Positions 17,263 through 29,296 of a DNA stretch of 64,000 nucleotides are shown piece by piece. A program made the position numbers and the translations under genes. The stretch lies in assembly GCA_007376395.1 (NCBI GenBank), contig VMGE01000004.1, positions 70,431 through 134,430 of the forward strand, written 5' to 3'. Numbering within the stretch: the stretch's first letter is position 1; each line of letters opens with the position of its first letter. A model generated the notes under the pieces. That model had not been told where the DNA came from. It ran no database searches and saw only the letters and a list, made by a program, of their open reading frames with translations. Source of the DNA: Microgenomates group bacterium Gr01-1014_5 (GTDB lineage: Bacteria; Patescibacteriota; Microgenomatia; UBA8517; UBA10165).

Positions 17263-19929
17263 CTAATTTTCTGATTCTACAGGAATTGGTTCGGACTCGA
17301 TTTCCTCTTTGTCTAAAATCGCAACTGCGGCAACTTTGTCTGATTTATCCTTGCCAAAACGCATCAGAATTACTCCTTGGGTAGCTCTGCCCAATTGCGG
17401 AATATTTTTCAAAGGCAATCTGATGACTTGTCCAGAGCGGCTGGTAATAATAATTTGCTCAATGTTTTCCGTAACCATCATGGCGCAGGCCAGTTCACCT
17501 GTTTTGTCTGAGAGTTCTGCAATTTTTACTCCAGACCCGCCGCGTTTTTGTAATGGGAAAGCGACAACAGGAGTACGTTTGCCCAAACCGCGCTCTGTAA
17601 CAACCAGAATGTCACGGAAAAACTTTTTCCTGCGGTCTGTGGGAATATTTTCTTTTTCAGGGAAGACTTCCATGGAAATAACCTGATCTTCCCCTGTCAG
17701 CATAATTCCCCTTACCCCATGAGAGTCCCTCCCCATTGGACGGACATCCCCTTCTTTAAAACGGATTGATTTACCCCGCCGGGAAGCCATAATGACCTGA
17801 TCTTCCCCTGTTGTTTGGCGTACCCAAGCAAGCGCGTCTCCGCGGTCTAGGCGGATGGCAATTAATCCCGAAGTACGTAAGTTTTTGAATTGGGTCAAAG
17901 AAGTTTTCTTTATAGTTCCGTTTCTGGTTGCCATCAAGAGGTATTTTACCTCTGTGCCATCCAGAACGACTACTGCTTCGATGACCTCTCCCTGGTCGAT
18001 GTTAATCAGATTAACGATTGCTTGGCCTTTTGCCTGGCGCGATCCTTCGGCGATTTCCCAAGCACGGGTAGAAAATACCCGTCCGCGGTCGGTAAAGAAC
18101 ATTACCTGGTCGTGAGTTGACGCGGCAACCAGATGCGCGATTTCATCCTCTTCTTTTGTGGTCATCCCAATAACTCCCTTGCCTCCCCTAGCTTGCGATT
18201 TGTAAGTTGAGCGCGGGACGCGCTTAATATAACCGGTTTTAGTGATCATGATTAGGACTTCTTCGCGGGCTACCAAATCCTGCTCTGAGATCTCTCCCAC
18301 CGGCTGCATGTAAATTTTTGTCCTGCGCTCGTCACCATACTTTTCTTTTAAAGCTATAAGTTCGCTGGTTATGAGGCCTAAGATTTTTTCAGGATGCATT
18401 AAAAGATCTGTTAAATGAGCGATTAACTCCTGGATCTTTTTATACTCTTCCTCAATTTTTTCGCGCTCTAGGGCCGAGAGGCGTCTGAGCTGCATGTCTA
18501 AAATTGCCACAGCCTGAATCTCGGTAAATTTGAATTTTTCCATAAGGCTGGTTTTGGCTGTGTCTGAGTCGCGGCTTTTACGGATTGTGGCAATGACTTC
18601 GTCCAAATGGTCAAGTGCAATTACAAGTCCTTCCAGGATGTGTCCCCGCTTCTTGGCTTCTGTGAGGTCATAAATAGAACGGCGGGTAACGACCTTTTGT
18701 CTGTGTTTGACGTATTCAACCAAAATTTGTTTTAAAGCCAGGGTTCTTGGGGTACCGTCAACTAGAGCGACAAAGTTTGCAGGGAAAGTGTTTTGCAGTT
18801 GGGTATGTTTGTAAAGATTATTTAAAACCGACTTTGGCCGGGCGTCTTTTTTAAGTTCGATAACGACTGACATTCCCTTTTGGTCTGATTCGTCTCTTAA
18901 GTCTGAGATGCCGACTATCTTTTTGTCCCGCGCAAGTTCTGCAATTTTAGCAACAAGCAAGGCTTTGTTAACTTGGTAAGGAAGTTCGGAAATCATAATT
19001 CTTGATTTGCCGCGCTCGGCTTCTTCGATCTTTGCCACTCCGCGGACAACAATGGTTCCGCGTCCCGTACCATAAATTTCCGTCATGTGTTTAGCTCCGT
19101 AAATGACCCCTCCTGTTGGGAAATCCGGACCTTTAATATACTTGACGAGCTCTTCTGTGGTGATTTCTGAGTCGAAGTCGGTGTTTGGAGCCACAATTGT
19201 AATGTCTTTTTGTCTCCCTTCTGCAACTGCTAGATCAATCTTTTTAATAGCGAACGTAGCCTCACTGTTCTCGCTTTTTCCGTTTTTTTCTGTGTTCTGT
19301 GTACTACGTCCCTTTTCCTGCGACACAGCGCTACCTTTTTCGATTGTGGCGATAACTGCTTCGACTACTTCGTTAAGATTGTGGGGAGGGATTTTGGTAG
19401 CCATTCCGACGGCGATTCCCTCAGAACCCATAAGTAGAAGGTTGGGCAAGGTTGCCGGCAGATAATTTGGCTCTTTGATTGTGCTGTCGAAATTTTCGCC
19501 AAACTCAACTGTATCTTTTTCGATATCGGCTAAGAGTTCCTGGGAAATTTTGGCCGGGCGTGCTTCTGTATAACGCATTGCAGCCGGTGGGTCACCGTCT
19601 ACCGAGCCGTAATTTCCCTGTCCGTCGACGAGCGGATAGCGCATGGAGAAGTTTTGCGCTAAACGGACAAGAGCGTCGTAAATCGGGCCGTCTCCATGAG
19701 GATGAAATTTTCCCATGGTTTCTCCGACTATTTTGGCAGACTTGGTGTAAGCAGAGGCTGGCGTAAGACCCATTTGGTGCATGGCAAAAAGAATTCTGCG
19801 GTGTACAGGTTTTAGACCGTCGCGCACGTCAGGCAGGGCTCGTGAGACGATAACCGACATGGCATAGTTAAGGTACGATTTTTGTACCTCAGTGGTTATT
19901 TCGACTTGTAGAACTTTACCGATATTCAT
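17263..19929 (-). CDS. gyrA: DNA gyrase subunit A
   Basis: YAMSVIVSRALPDVRDGLKPVHRRILFAM, catalytic Tyr region, C-terminal beta-pinwheel repeats; carries a ~60 aa low-complexity insertion. Confidence 0.95.
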   Translation of the reverse strand: MNIGKVLQVEITTEVQKSYLNYAMSVIVSRALPDVRDGLKPVHRRILFAMHQMGLTPASAYTKSAKIVGETMGKFHPHGDGPIYDALVRLAQNFSMRYPLVDGQGNYGSVDGDPPAAMRYTEARPAKISQELLADIEKDTVEFGENFDSTIKEPNYLPATLPNLLLMGSEGIAVGMATKIPPHNLNEVVEAVIATIEKGSAVSQEKGRSTQNTEKNGKSENSEATFAIKKIDLAVAEGRQKDITIVAPNTDFDSEITTEELVKYIKGPDFPTGGVIYGAKHMTEIYGTGRGTIVVRGVAKIEEAERGKSRIMISELPYQVNKALLVAKIAELARDKKIVGISDLRDESDQKGMSVVIELKKDARPKSVLNNLYKHTQLQNTFPANFVALVDGTPRTLALKQILVEYVKHRQKVVTRRSIYDLTEAKKRGHILEGLVIALDHLDEVIATIRKSRDSDTAKTSLMEKFKFTEIQAVAILDMQLRRLSALEREKIEEEYKKIQELIAHLTDLLMHPEKILGLITSELIALKEKYGDERRTKIYMQPVGEISEQDLVAREEVLIMITKTGYIKRVPRSTYKSQARGGKGVIGMTTKEEDEIAHLVAASTHDQVMFFTDRGRVFSTRAWEIAEGSRQAKGQAIVNLINIDQGEVIEAVVVLDGTEVKYLLMATRNGTIKKTSLTQFKNLRTSGLIAIRLDRGDALAWVRQTTGEDQVIMASRRGKSIRFKEGDVRPMGRDSHGVRGIMLTGEDQVISMEVFPEKENIPTDRRKKFFRDILVVTERGLGKRTPVVAFPLQKRGGSGVKIAELSDKTGELACAMMVTENIEQIIITSRSGQVIRLPLKNIPQLGRATQGVILMRFGKDKSDKVAAVAILDKEEIESEPIPVESEN

Positions 19930-19949
19930 ATCAAATATTAAATTTCAAA

Positions 19950-21959
19950 TTAGACGAGAAATGGTGCCAAAAGTAATGCCACCACGTTTGCCACCTTGAT
20001 CATAGGATTAATTGCCGGGCCTGCTGTATCTTTGTAGGGATCGCCAACCGTGTCTCCTGTAACTGCCGCTTGGTGAGCAACACTCCCCTTTCCTCCAAAA
20101 TTGCCATCCTCGATATACTTTTTGGCATTATCCAAAGCAGCTCCTCCAGTGGTCATAGAAATAGCTACAAAAAGACCGGTAACTATTACCCCGATTAATA
20201 ATCCGCCCAGAGCCGTAGGGCCTAAGAGCAGACCAACGACAACTGGCGCAACAACCGGCAAAAGCGCAGGGACAATCATTTGGCGAAGTGCCGCTTTTGT
20301 CACAATATCTACACAGCGGGCATAATCCGGCCTTTGTGTTCCCTGCATAATGCCTTTTATTTCTTTGAATTGCCGTCTTATTTCAACAACAATCGCCATT
20401 CCGGCTTTACCAACAGCTTCCATGGCAAGACCGGCAAATAAATAAGGAAGGGAGGCTCCGATAAGGATTCCCACAAGAACGTTTGGATCGGCCAGAGAAA
20501 AAACATTTGCCGCGCCTTCTCTGGCTAGTTCTTGTGTATATGCTGCAAAAAGCACAAGTGCGGCAAGACCGGCCGATGCTACGGCATATGCTTTAGTAAC
20601 AGCTTTAGTTGTGTTGCCAACGGCGTCTAAAGCATCTGTAATTTTGCGCACACTCCCCTTTTGTCCCGACATCTCAGCAATTCCTCCGGCATTATCGGTT
20701 ATTGGTCCAAATGAATCAATGGCAACGATGATTCCGGTTAAAGAAAGCATGGAGACGGCCGCAATTGCCACGCCATAAAGCCCTGCCAAGCTAAAAGAAA
20801 GCAGGGTTGCTCCGGCTATTAATAAGATGGGTAGAAAAGTAGACTCCATGGAGAGCGCCAGTCCAGCGATAATATTAGTCCCGTGGCCGGAAACCGAAGC
20901 TTCGGCGATTTTTTTAACAAACCGGCTGTTCTTGCCGGTATAAATCTCGGTTAAAACAACCATGCCGATTGTGACTACAATTCCGATTAACGAAGTCAAA
21001 AACAGTGTCGTGTTGGGTATTCCAGGAATTCTTGGCGAGAAAAAGACGAGCACACCCAAAAGACCCAAGACAGAAAAAACAGCGGTGGCTCCTAACCCTT
21101 GGTAAAGAGCAGGCATAATTCTTCCGCTTTTGGGTAGTTTGACAAAAAAAGTTCCGAGAACCGAGGCAATGAGTGCTACGCTACCCAATAACAAAGGGAA
21201 ATAAATACTTGCGTTTCTTTCTGCAAAAAGCAGTGTGGCTAAAAGAATGGCAGAGACAGTAGTTACGACATATGTTTCGAAAATATCTGCCGCCATTCCG
21301 GCACAGTCTCCAACATTATCCCCGACTAAATCTGCAATGACTCCTGGGTTGCGGGGATCATCTTCGGGAATTCCTGCCTCGATTTTGCCTACCATGTCAG
21401 TTCCCACATCTGCTCCCTTGGTGTAGATTCCTCCACCAAGCCGGGCAAAAACCGAGATTAAGGAACCTCCAAATCCAAGTCCGACTAACGCACCCACAGG
21501 GGATATGCCAATGATGTTTGCAATTAAAATGACTAAGGCTATAGATAAAAGCGCAAGCCCGCCAACTAAGAGTCCTGTAACGGATCCGCCCTGAAAAGCG
21601 ACTTCAAGCGCCTGAGCTAGACCTTTTTTAGCAGCTTGGGTTGTGCGTATGTTTGCTCTTACCGCAACGCTCATGCCAATATATCCGGCGAGGGATGAAG
21701 TAAAGCTTCCGAGGATAAATCCAAGTGCATAGTCTGAACCAAGAGCGATCCATAGAAGTATTGTTAAAACTAATGCCACCAAAGCAACGGTTTTTGTTTG
21801 ACGGCCAAGATATGCCTGGGCCCCTTCAGCTATCGCCTGGGCAATAGACTGCATCTTTTCGTCTCCTGTAGGAAGAGCCAAGATTTTGCGGATTAAAAAC
21901 GCGCTAAAACCCAAAGTTCCTAAAGAGGCAAAGACGGCAAAAGTTACTTCTGGTATCAT
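19950..21959 (-). CDS. hppA: Membrane-bound H+-translocating pyrophosphatase, K+-independent type
   Basis: [39 protein letters not shown]; GNTTKA (Lys) variant indicates K+-independent class. Confidence 0.95.
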   Translation of the reverse strand: MIPEVTFAVFASLGTLGFSAFLIRKILALPTGDEKMQSIAQAIAEGAQAYLGRQTKTVALVALVLTILLWIALGSDYALGFILGSFTSSLAGYIGMSVAVRANIRTTQAAKKGLAQALEVAFQGGSVTGLLVGGLALLSIALVILIANIIGISPVGALVGLGFGGSLISVFARLGGGIYTKGADVGTDMVGKIEAGIPEDDPRNPGVIADLVGDNVGDCAGMAADIFETYVVTTVSAILLATLLFAERNASIYFPLLLGSVALIASVLGTFFVKLPKSGRIMPALYQGLGATAVFSVLGLLGVLVFFSPRIPGIPNTTLFLTSLIGIVVTIGMVVLTEIYTGKNSRFVKKIAEASVSGHGTNIIAGLALSMESTFLPILLIAGATLLSFSLAGLYGVAIAAVSMLSLTGIIVAIDSFGPITDNAGGIAEMSGQKGSVRKITDALDAVGNTTKAVTKAYAVASAGLAALVLFAAYTQELAREGAANVFSLADPNVLVGILIGASLPYLFAGLAMEAVGKAGMAIVVEIRRQFKEIKGIMQGTQRPDYARCVDIVTKAALRQMIVPALLPVVAPVVVGLLLGPTALGGLLIGVIVTGLFVAISMTTGGAALDNAKKYIEDGNFGGKGSVAHQAAVTGDTVGDPYKDTAGPAINPMIKVANVVALLLAPFLV

Positions 21960-21961
21960 GT

Positions 21962-23944
<1,983 letters not shown>

Positions 23945-24015
23945 CTAGCTATAAGTATACAGTTTTAGGATTGTCTTTGCAAGGCTTTTTAGCCTTATTT
24001 TAACGAGTGTGTGGT

Positions 24016-25263
24016 TCAGGAGAGATTTTTCAAAAAGATGGGTTTTACCGCTTGCGCAAGGAGTGCAAAAATAAGTCCAAAAACAATAAAAACGATTGTC
24101 ACATCTACTTTTTCCGTGATTAGCGCGATGAGTAAAATTGGAATTGGCGTTACAACCGACCCGGAGGCATAAACAAGCGCAAAAACCCGACCCAGCATTT
24201 TTTCTGGAGTGTTTTTTTGCAGTATCGTACGCGAGTGTACTGCGATAAACACCGCAGATATTCCGGCAACAACTGCTCCGGTGGCGGTTATTGCTCTCAA
24301 TAAAAGCATACCTCCTGTTAATTTTGTCACGTAGCCGCCTGCTAGGCCGATAAAAAGCATAGCCAGACCAAACGCTAAAGAACCCAAATAAATCATATAC
24401 CCCTTGCTTGCTCTTTCTTTTAACTTATTAAGCAGGTAGACGCCAATGCCCAAGCCGAAACCCAAAGGAATAATTAGAAAATAACTAGTGGAAGTAGACG
24501 GTAACCGTAAATAAGTTTTAACAAAATCAATAAAGAGGATTGCCATGAGCCCGATACAAAACTGCATTAAAGTTAACATGACAATAGGAATGAATATTTT
24601 TGTATTCGTACGGGTTATGTCCAAAACTTCCCGGGTTAGTTTTTTCGCGTGGGAAAATAGTTGCGGGTCAAAACCGCGGTGTCCGTTATTACTCAGAGTT
24701 AATGTTGACGACAAAACGAAGCCGATAGCTGTTAGAATCGCGGCAATAATAAAAGTAGACTGATCCCCATACTTCTCTAGCCCACCGAAGAACTGAATTA
24801 CAGGTCCTGCTAAGCCATATCCCAAGAGTACTGAGCCAAACCCGGTGAATAAAAAAAGCGCGTTCGCGCGTTCCAAATCCTGTTTTTTAACAATAGTTGG
24901 CAGTGTTGCAGATTCGGCGGGCGTAAAAACCTGAGACACGCAAGAAGAAAGAAAAGCTATGGCTAATAAAAACCAATAATTGTGAGTAAAGACGGCATAA
25001 GCGGCAAAAAGTAAAGCAAGTAGTGCATCACTGGTCAAAATAATCCACTTGCGGTTTGATGTGTCTACAATTGCGCCGGCAAATAAACCGACCAAAAAAG
25101 AAGGGAGGGTCATTACTGCGTAAAATTGGGCGATAGCGAATCTCGAGCTCGTTATCTGGTCTATGAGAAGTAAAATGGTGAAGTTGGACATATTGAAGCT
25201 GGTTTGCAAGAGAATTTGGTTTCCCCAAAGCCGCATAAACTGCCCGTTTTTTAAAAGTTGCAT
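24016..25263 (-). CDS. MFS transporter
   Basis: 415 aa, 12 TM helices. Confidence 0.75.
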   Translation of the reverse strand: MQLLKNGQFMRLWGNQILLQTSFNMSNFTILLLIDQITSSRFAIAQFYAVMTLPSFLVGLFAGAIVDTSNRKWIILTSDALLALLFAAYAVFTHNYWFLLAIAFLSSCVSQVFTPAESATLPTIVKKQDLERANALFLFTGFGSVLLGYGLAGPVIQFFGGLEKYGDQSTFIIAAILTAIGFVLSSTLTLSNNGHRGFDPQLFSHAKKLTREVLDITRTNTKIFIPIVMLTLMQFCIGLMAILFIDFVKTYLRLPSTSTSYFLIIPLGFGLGIGVYLLNKLKERASKGYMIYLGSLAFGLAMLFIGLAGGYVTKLTGGMLLLRAITATGAVVAGISAVFIAVHSRTILQKNTPEKMLGRVFALVYASGSVVTPIPILLIALITEKVDVTIVFIVFGLIFALLAQAVKPIFLKNLS

Positions 25264-25286
25264 TAGTTTATATTATCAAATACCAG

Positions 25287-26117
25287 TCATTTTTTATTAC
25301 ACACGGCAAGTAAAAAGACTGGCTCTTTTTGACACCCTGAAACAATGGGTTTGACTTGTGAGTCGGCATTAAAACAATAATATGCTATTAAAAACATAAT
25401 AGGTAGTCGGTATAAACGATGGTTCCATGGAAGCCCCAAATGTTTTGCTAAAATTCTAAAAGGAAAAGTTAAGTTTGCGACTTTTAAATATTTTTCTCTG
25501 TCAACAAACCTTTGTCCGTAAATGTTTTTAATCTCCCAGCCTCCTTTATCTAAAACTTCTAAAAACTGGTCAAGGCCGTATTCTTTTTGGTGATACTTAT
25601 ACCAAGGAGAATTTTCTCGCTCTGCATAGGGAGAAAAAAGTGGGGCATTAGGTGTAGAAATGACTAGTTGTCCTTCCCCTGTATGGAGTCTTGCTAAATT
25701 TCTCAAAAAAACTAGGTTTTGCTCACAAGAAACGTGCTCAAGGGTCTCAAAACTTACAACCCAGTCTGCAGGCTCTATAGTTTGTGTATCTTGGAGGTCA
25801 GCTAAATCTATTTTATAAAAATGCACTCTTGGATTAGGAGTAAATTCGTTTCTTGCTTCACGAAGCGCGTCTTCATTACAGTCAAGTCCAATTACCCGTC
25901 CTGCATCTGTGTGAGTTGCAAGATAGTGTGTTCCCCAACCCGACCCCGAGGCAGCGTCGATAACCATTTCAGGAGAACCTTGTATGAGATTTGCAGCAAA
26001 TATGTAGCGAGACATGTGGTCTCTCGGGGTGGAATTCCTAAATTTACCCCAATAGGTATTTTCTCTCTCTGCCTTTTTATACCTTTCTGCGGTAACTCTC
26101 TCAGGAAGCATGCCCAA
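25287..26117 (-). CDS. Class I SAM-dependent methyltransferase
   Basis: VIDAASGSGWGTHYLA (motif I), VIGLDCNEDAL, VVSFETLEHV. Confidence 0.7.
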   Translation of the reverse strand: MGMLPERVTAERYKKAERENTYWGKFRNSTPRDHMSRYIFAANLIQGSPEMVIDAASGSGWGTHYLATHTDAGRVIGLDCNEDALREARNEFTPNPRVHFYKIDLADLQDTQTIEPADWVVSFETLEHVSCEQNLVFLRNLARLHTGEGQLVISTPNAPLFSPYAERENSPWYKYHQKEYGLDQFLEVLDKGGWEIKNIYGQRFVDREKYLKVANLTFPFRILAKHLGLPWNHRLYRLPIMFLIAYYCFNADSQVKPIVSGCQKEPVFLLAVCNKK

Positions 26118-26221
26118 GTTTAATCGAGTATAAACAGCATTTCAACTCGACATACTGATATTTGTTTATATTCTAGTAAGCAAAAAGTTGTACTTTAGCT
26201 AAAAGTCAAATTTAGTTAATT

Positions 26222-26257
26222 TGACCAGCCAACTTGCAATTGCAAGTTGTTTGGTCA
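26222..26257. promoter_or_regulatory. Palindromic operator TGACCAgcCAACTTGCAATTGCAAGTTGttTGGTCA (20-bp perfect core)
   Basis: Upstream of methyltransferase 25287..26117 and downstream of regulator gene. Confidence 0.55.
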
Positions 26258-26845
26258 CATATTAAAGTATTCTTTGTAGGCTTCTTCGTCTTCTAATTGA
26301 CCCACGGTGAGTATTTTGACATTTTCTCCTATATCGTAAAGCTCTCTTAAGAACATTACTACTTCCTCGCAAGGATATGGATAGAGATAAACACTTTTTT
26401 GCAGTTGGTGGAAATTAAGCCTTTTGAGTGTTGTTCTGATGGCTTCTCTTGCGGCATCTTTACCTTTGGGTATGTCATAGGTAATTATTCGCCAGCGTCC
26501 GTCCCATTTTTCAGGTGTGGGTATGGTTAAATCAGCGAGATTGTGTTGAAATAATTTTCTTCTGCCCCGCTGGGTAATTTGTAAAACAAACTTTTCTCCG
26601 TCGTTCCAAATTTTAATATACTTTTTCTTCCTTAACTCTTTTAGCCTTTCCCTTAGCCTTCTTTCATCAAATTCTTCCCATTCCTCTTCTCCCAAGAGGC
26701 TCGCGATATCGTCATAACTTAAAGTTTTTTTAAAAAGTCTGGATAGTCCCGGCGCCATTAAACTTCCGGCGATAAATGCACCCACAGCCGCGATAGCCAA
26801 AATTTGCTTAGCTTTGGGGTACTTTTTCTTTATTTTTCTGAGCAT
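26255..26845 (-). CDS. wHTH plus Cas2/PaaX_C-fold putative transcriptional regulator with N-terminal TM helix
   Basis: WRIITYDIPKGKDAAREAIRTTLKRLNFHQLQKSVYLYPYP resembles Cas2/PaaX C-domain; flanked on both sides by CTTGCAATTGCAAG palindromes. Confidence 0.4.
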   Translation of the reverse strand: MLRKIKKKYPKAKQILAIAAVGAFIAGSLMAPGLSRLFKKTLSYDDIASLLGEEEWEEFDERRLRERLKELRKKKYIKIWNDGEKFVLQITQRGRRKLFQHNLADLTIPTPEKWDGRWRIITYDIPKGKDAAREAIRTTLKRLNFHQLQKSVYLYPYPCEEVVMFLRELYDIGENVKILTVGQLEDEEAYKEYFNM

Positions 26846-26884
26846 GATTAAATAATAATAGGTTTACAAACATTTGACAAGATA

Positions 26885-26900
26885 TCTTGCAATTGCAAGA
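26885..26900. promoter_or_regulatory. Palindromic operator TCTTGCAATTGCAAGA adjacent to TTGACA -35-like hexamer
   Basis: In divergent promoter region between regulator gene 26255..26845 and membrane protein gene 26958..27509. Confidence 0.55.
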
Positions 26901-26957
26901 ATTGTGGGCAAATTAATTAATTTTATTGCTTAAAAGTTGCTATACTTTATTTAGGTA

Positions 26958-27509
26958 ATGTTAAATTTCGATTTGGTAAAAGTATTTTTTATAACCTTAT
27001 TTTTTAGTTTTGGCGTGCAAGCCCTATTTTACTTGAGATATGCTTTTGGCAATAGAAAGATAATACGAGAACACAAAGCAGTAATTGCCTACAAATCCGG
27101 AGTTATCGGTGACGGGGTGCTTATTCCCCTAACCAATGTTTTTGCCTGGCTGGTTCTTGGACAACTGGCTCCATGGAACACGCAGCTTAATTTTTTCCTC
27201 ACAACAGGTGCAACCGGCTTATTAATTACCTTTTTGTTTCATTGGGGACAGCAAAGGTTTCACTTAACCAACTGGACAATGCCCACTTCCGGTCACTGGA
27301 CCCTGCTTGGGGTATATCACGCGATATTTATGTTTTGCGAAATTAGTTTTTTATCTTTTGTCTTATTTAATTATCTGTTTAGTGTCTTTGACGGTACGCG
27401 AACTGGCGGCGTTCCCCTTTCTTACGCCTTAATTATCCTTTTTCTTTTCTTCGTCACTTTTGTCCACGATTATTGGCGGACACTATTTTCGAAGTTTGTT
27501 GCGAAGTAG
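26958..27509 (+). CDS. Hypothetical membrane protein
   Basis: 183 aa, 5-6 TM helices, divergent from regulator gene. Confidence 0.45.
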   Translation: MLNFDLVKVFFITLFFSFGVQALFYLRYAFGNRKIIREHKAVIAYKSGVIGDGVLIPLTNVFAWLVLGQLAPWNTQLNFFLTTGATGLLITFLFHWGQQRFHLTNWTMPTSGHWTLLGVYHAIFMFCEISFLSFVLFNYLFSVFDGTRTGGVPLSYALIILFLFFVTFVHDYWRTLFSKFVAK

Positions 27510-27540
27510 CCCAGAAGCCCGGTTTGTGAAAACTTAGCCA

Positions 27541-28134
27541 ATGTGGAGTATAATCAAGCCCAACAGCATGGGTGTTGAAGCACGAATTAAACAAAACGAA
27601 GAGGTGATAACAGAGAGTGTAGTAGGCGTCGGCGCACTGCTTGTTACACCTGACTTAAAATTTCTAACTGTTCAAGAATTAGAAAATAAACGTTCTACTG
27701 GCAAGATAGCAGGTATGAGAACGGCTCCAATGGAAACAGTCGTTGACGGCGAGTCAGACGACGATGCTCTAAAAAGATTATTTCAAGAGGAGGTAGTCCT
27801 TGACGAAGCAGAGCTTCCTTTAGATAAAAAAGTTCTACTTTGTAAAATACAGTTAACAAAGGGTGTATGGTTGCATGGCTATCTACTTCAGATAGAAAGG
27901 CCAGTTCTTGCCGTAATAGGAACAGAGAATCACGAAGTTTCCGATCCGCTCTGGACAAGTATTGAAGAAGTTTTACATAGCAATCCTGACAACCGGCAGT
28001 TTCGTCCTGGAGTTAGAGAGCTTGTTTTTAGTTATCTGAATTTTCTGAAAAGTCCGGAAAATTTTTCTCCACACATTTATCCTCAAACCCAAGGCCAAGT
28101 GCCGGATGAGGCATTCGTCAGTCTCAGAGCCTAA
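27541..28134 (+). CDS. NUDIX-like hydrolase with degenerate Nudix box
   Basis: GKIAGMRTAPMETVVDGESDDDALKRLFQEEV approximates GX5EX7REUXEEXGU with one-residue offsets. Confidence 0.35.
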   Translation: MWSIIKPNSMGVEARIKQNEEVITESVVGVGALLVTPDLKFLTVQELENKRSTGKIAGMRTAPMETVVDGESDDDALKRLFQEEVVLDEAELPLDKKVLLCKIQLTKGVWLHGYLLQIERPVLAVIGTENHEVSDPLWTSIEEVLHSNPDNRQFRPGVRELVFSYLNFLKSPENFSPHIYPQTQGQVPDEAFVSLRA

Positions 28135-28937
28135 CTAAAATGAATTTTCGTTCCAATTTTCTTCCCTGCCAAGACTCCTGTTAACACCTCTTGCTTCAGA
28201 CCGTCTACTATATAGATACTCTTTTTTCTTAACTCTCTTTTAACGGCAACCATCTTTCCATACATCTCACCCGTTACGTTAATCTTAGATGCGCCCTGGG
28301 ACGCTAGTATTTTTAAAACCTTCTTGAAATTTCGGTTATTAACCTCTGGAATCAATTTAGCGCGAGGATTAGATTTAGGGTCTTGCTCGAAAATTCCGTC
28401 AACATCGGATAAAAAGACAACCTTTTCAGCCTTTAATTTTCTTGCCAGATAAGAAACTATTGTGTCGCCTGAAAGAACTGAACATCCCCATTTAGTATCT
28501 AAAACACCGTCTCCAAAAAGAATGGGTACCAATCCTTGATTTAGCGCGTTATTAATAATTGCTACACTAAAGCTTTTAAACTCACCCTGCTCTTGTTCGG
28601 CAAAACTGTGCGGAACAATACTTACTGCTGGAACCGCCCGGCTTGTCAGGGATTTAATTACAAACTCATTCAAATCCAGCATATTTTGAAGAGTTTGTGC
28701 ATACGCCAGCTTTTGTTTAGCGGTCTTCATTCCTTTGTGCAGGTTGAATTTCTTAACATTAGGGTGACCAAAAGAACCTCCTCCGTGCACCAAGACAATC
28801 CTGTACTTTCCGGTCCTGACAATTTGCGCTATTTCTTTGGTAAGTAGCCTAATCACCGATAATCTTGCTTTTGGAGTTTTGCTCTTTTTGTAAGTTATTA
28901 CGCTTCCGCCGAGTTTGATAATAACCAGAGGCTTCAT
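28131..28937 (-). CDS. Isopentenyl phosphate kinase (amino-acid-kinase fold, archaeal type)
   Basis: IIKLGGS, LVHGGGSFGHP, PAVSIVPHSF, VLSGDTIVSYLARKLKAEKVVFLSDVDG, INVTGEMYGK align closely with archaeal IPK from memory. Confidence 0.8.
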   Translation of the reverse strand: MKPLVIIKLGGSVITYKKSKTPKARLSVIRLLTKEIAQIVRTGKYRIVLVHGGGSFGHPNVKKFNLHKGMKTAKQKLAYAQTLQNMLDLNEFVIKSLTSRAVPAVSIVPHSFAEQEQGEFKSFSVAIINNALNQGLVPILFGDGVLDTKWGCSVLSGDTIVSYLARKLKAEKVVFLSDVDGIFEQDPKSNPRAKLIPEVNNRNFKKVLKILASQGASKINVTGEMYGKMVAVKRELRKKSIYIVDGLKQEVLTGVLAGKKIGTKIHFS

Positions 28938-29009
28938 ACCCTCGGATTATACCAGAGGCAGAGTTACAGCGCATTTCTTGCGCCAGACGAGGCAAACTCA
29001 AACTATCTC

Positions 29010-29249
29010 TTAATTTCCTTTTTCAAGAACTGTTACTCTCTTGTCAAGGTTGTCTAAATTATCAGAAACTCTTTCGTGTGACATTTCGTGCGCTGCGTTT
29101 TCCTCTTCATTCCTGGTTTGTGTACCGGCTTTCTCGTCCAGTTTGTCAAAGATGTCGCTTTTGAGTTGAGTGAATTTGCCATCCATTTTCTCTTCAAATT
29201 CGTCAAATCTTAAATCTAAATAAGCTTTTGTAATATAATCATTTGCCAC
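29010..29249 (-). CDS. Hypothetical small acidic coiled-coil protein
   Basis: 79 aa ORF. Confidence 0.3.
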   Translation of the reverse strand: MANDYITKAYLDLRFDEFEEKMDGKFTQLKSDIFDKLDEKAGTQTRNEEENAAHEMSHERVSDNLDNLDKRVTVLEKGN

Positions 29250-29296
29250 AACTTAAAGATACAATAACTAACTTATTAACTCAACGAGCAAAGCGG

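Noticed and set aside
26255-26845. Cas2-like domain suggesting a CRISPR-Cas locus
   Set aside because: No Cas1 or other cas genes and no repeat-spacer array anywhere in the window. The domain fits PaaX-type regulators, and the flanking palindromes support a transcription factor role.
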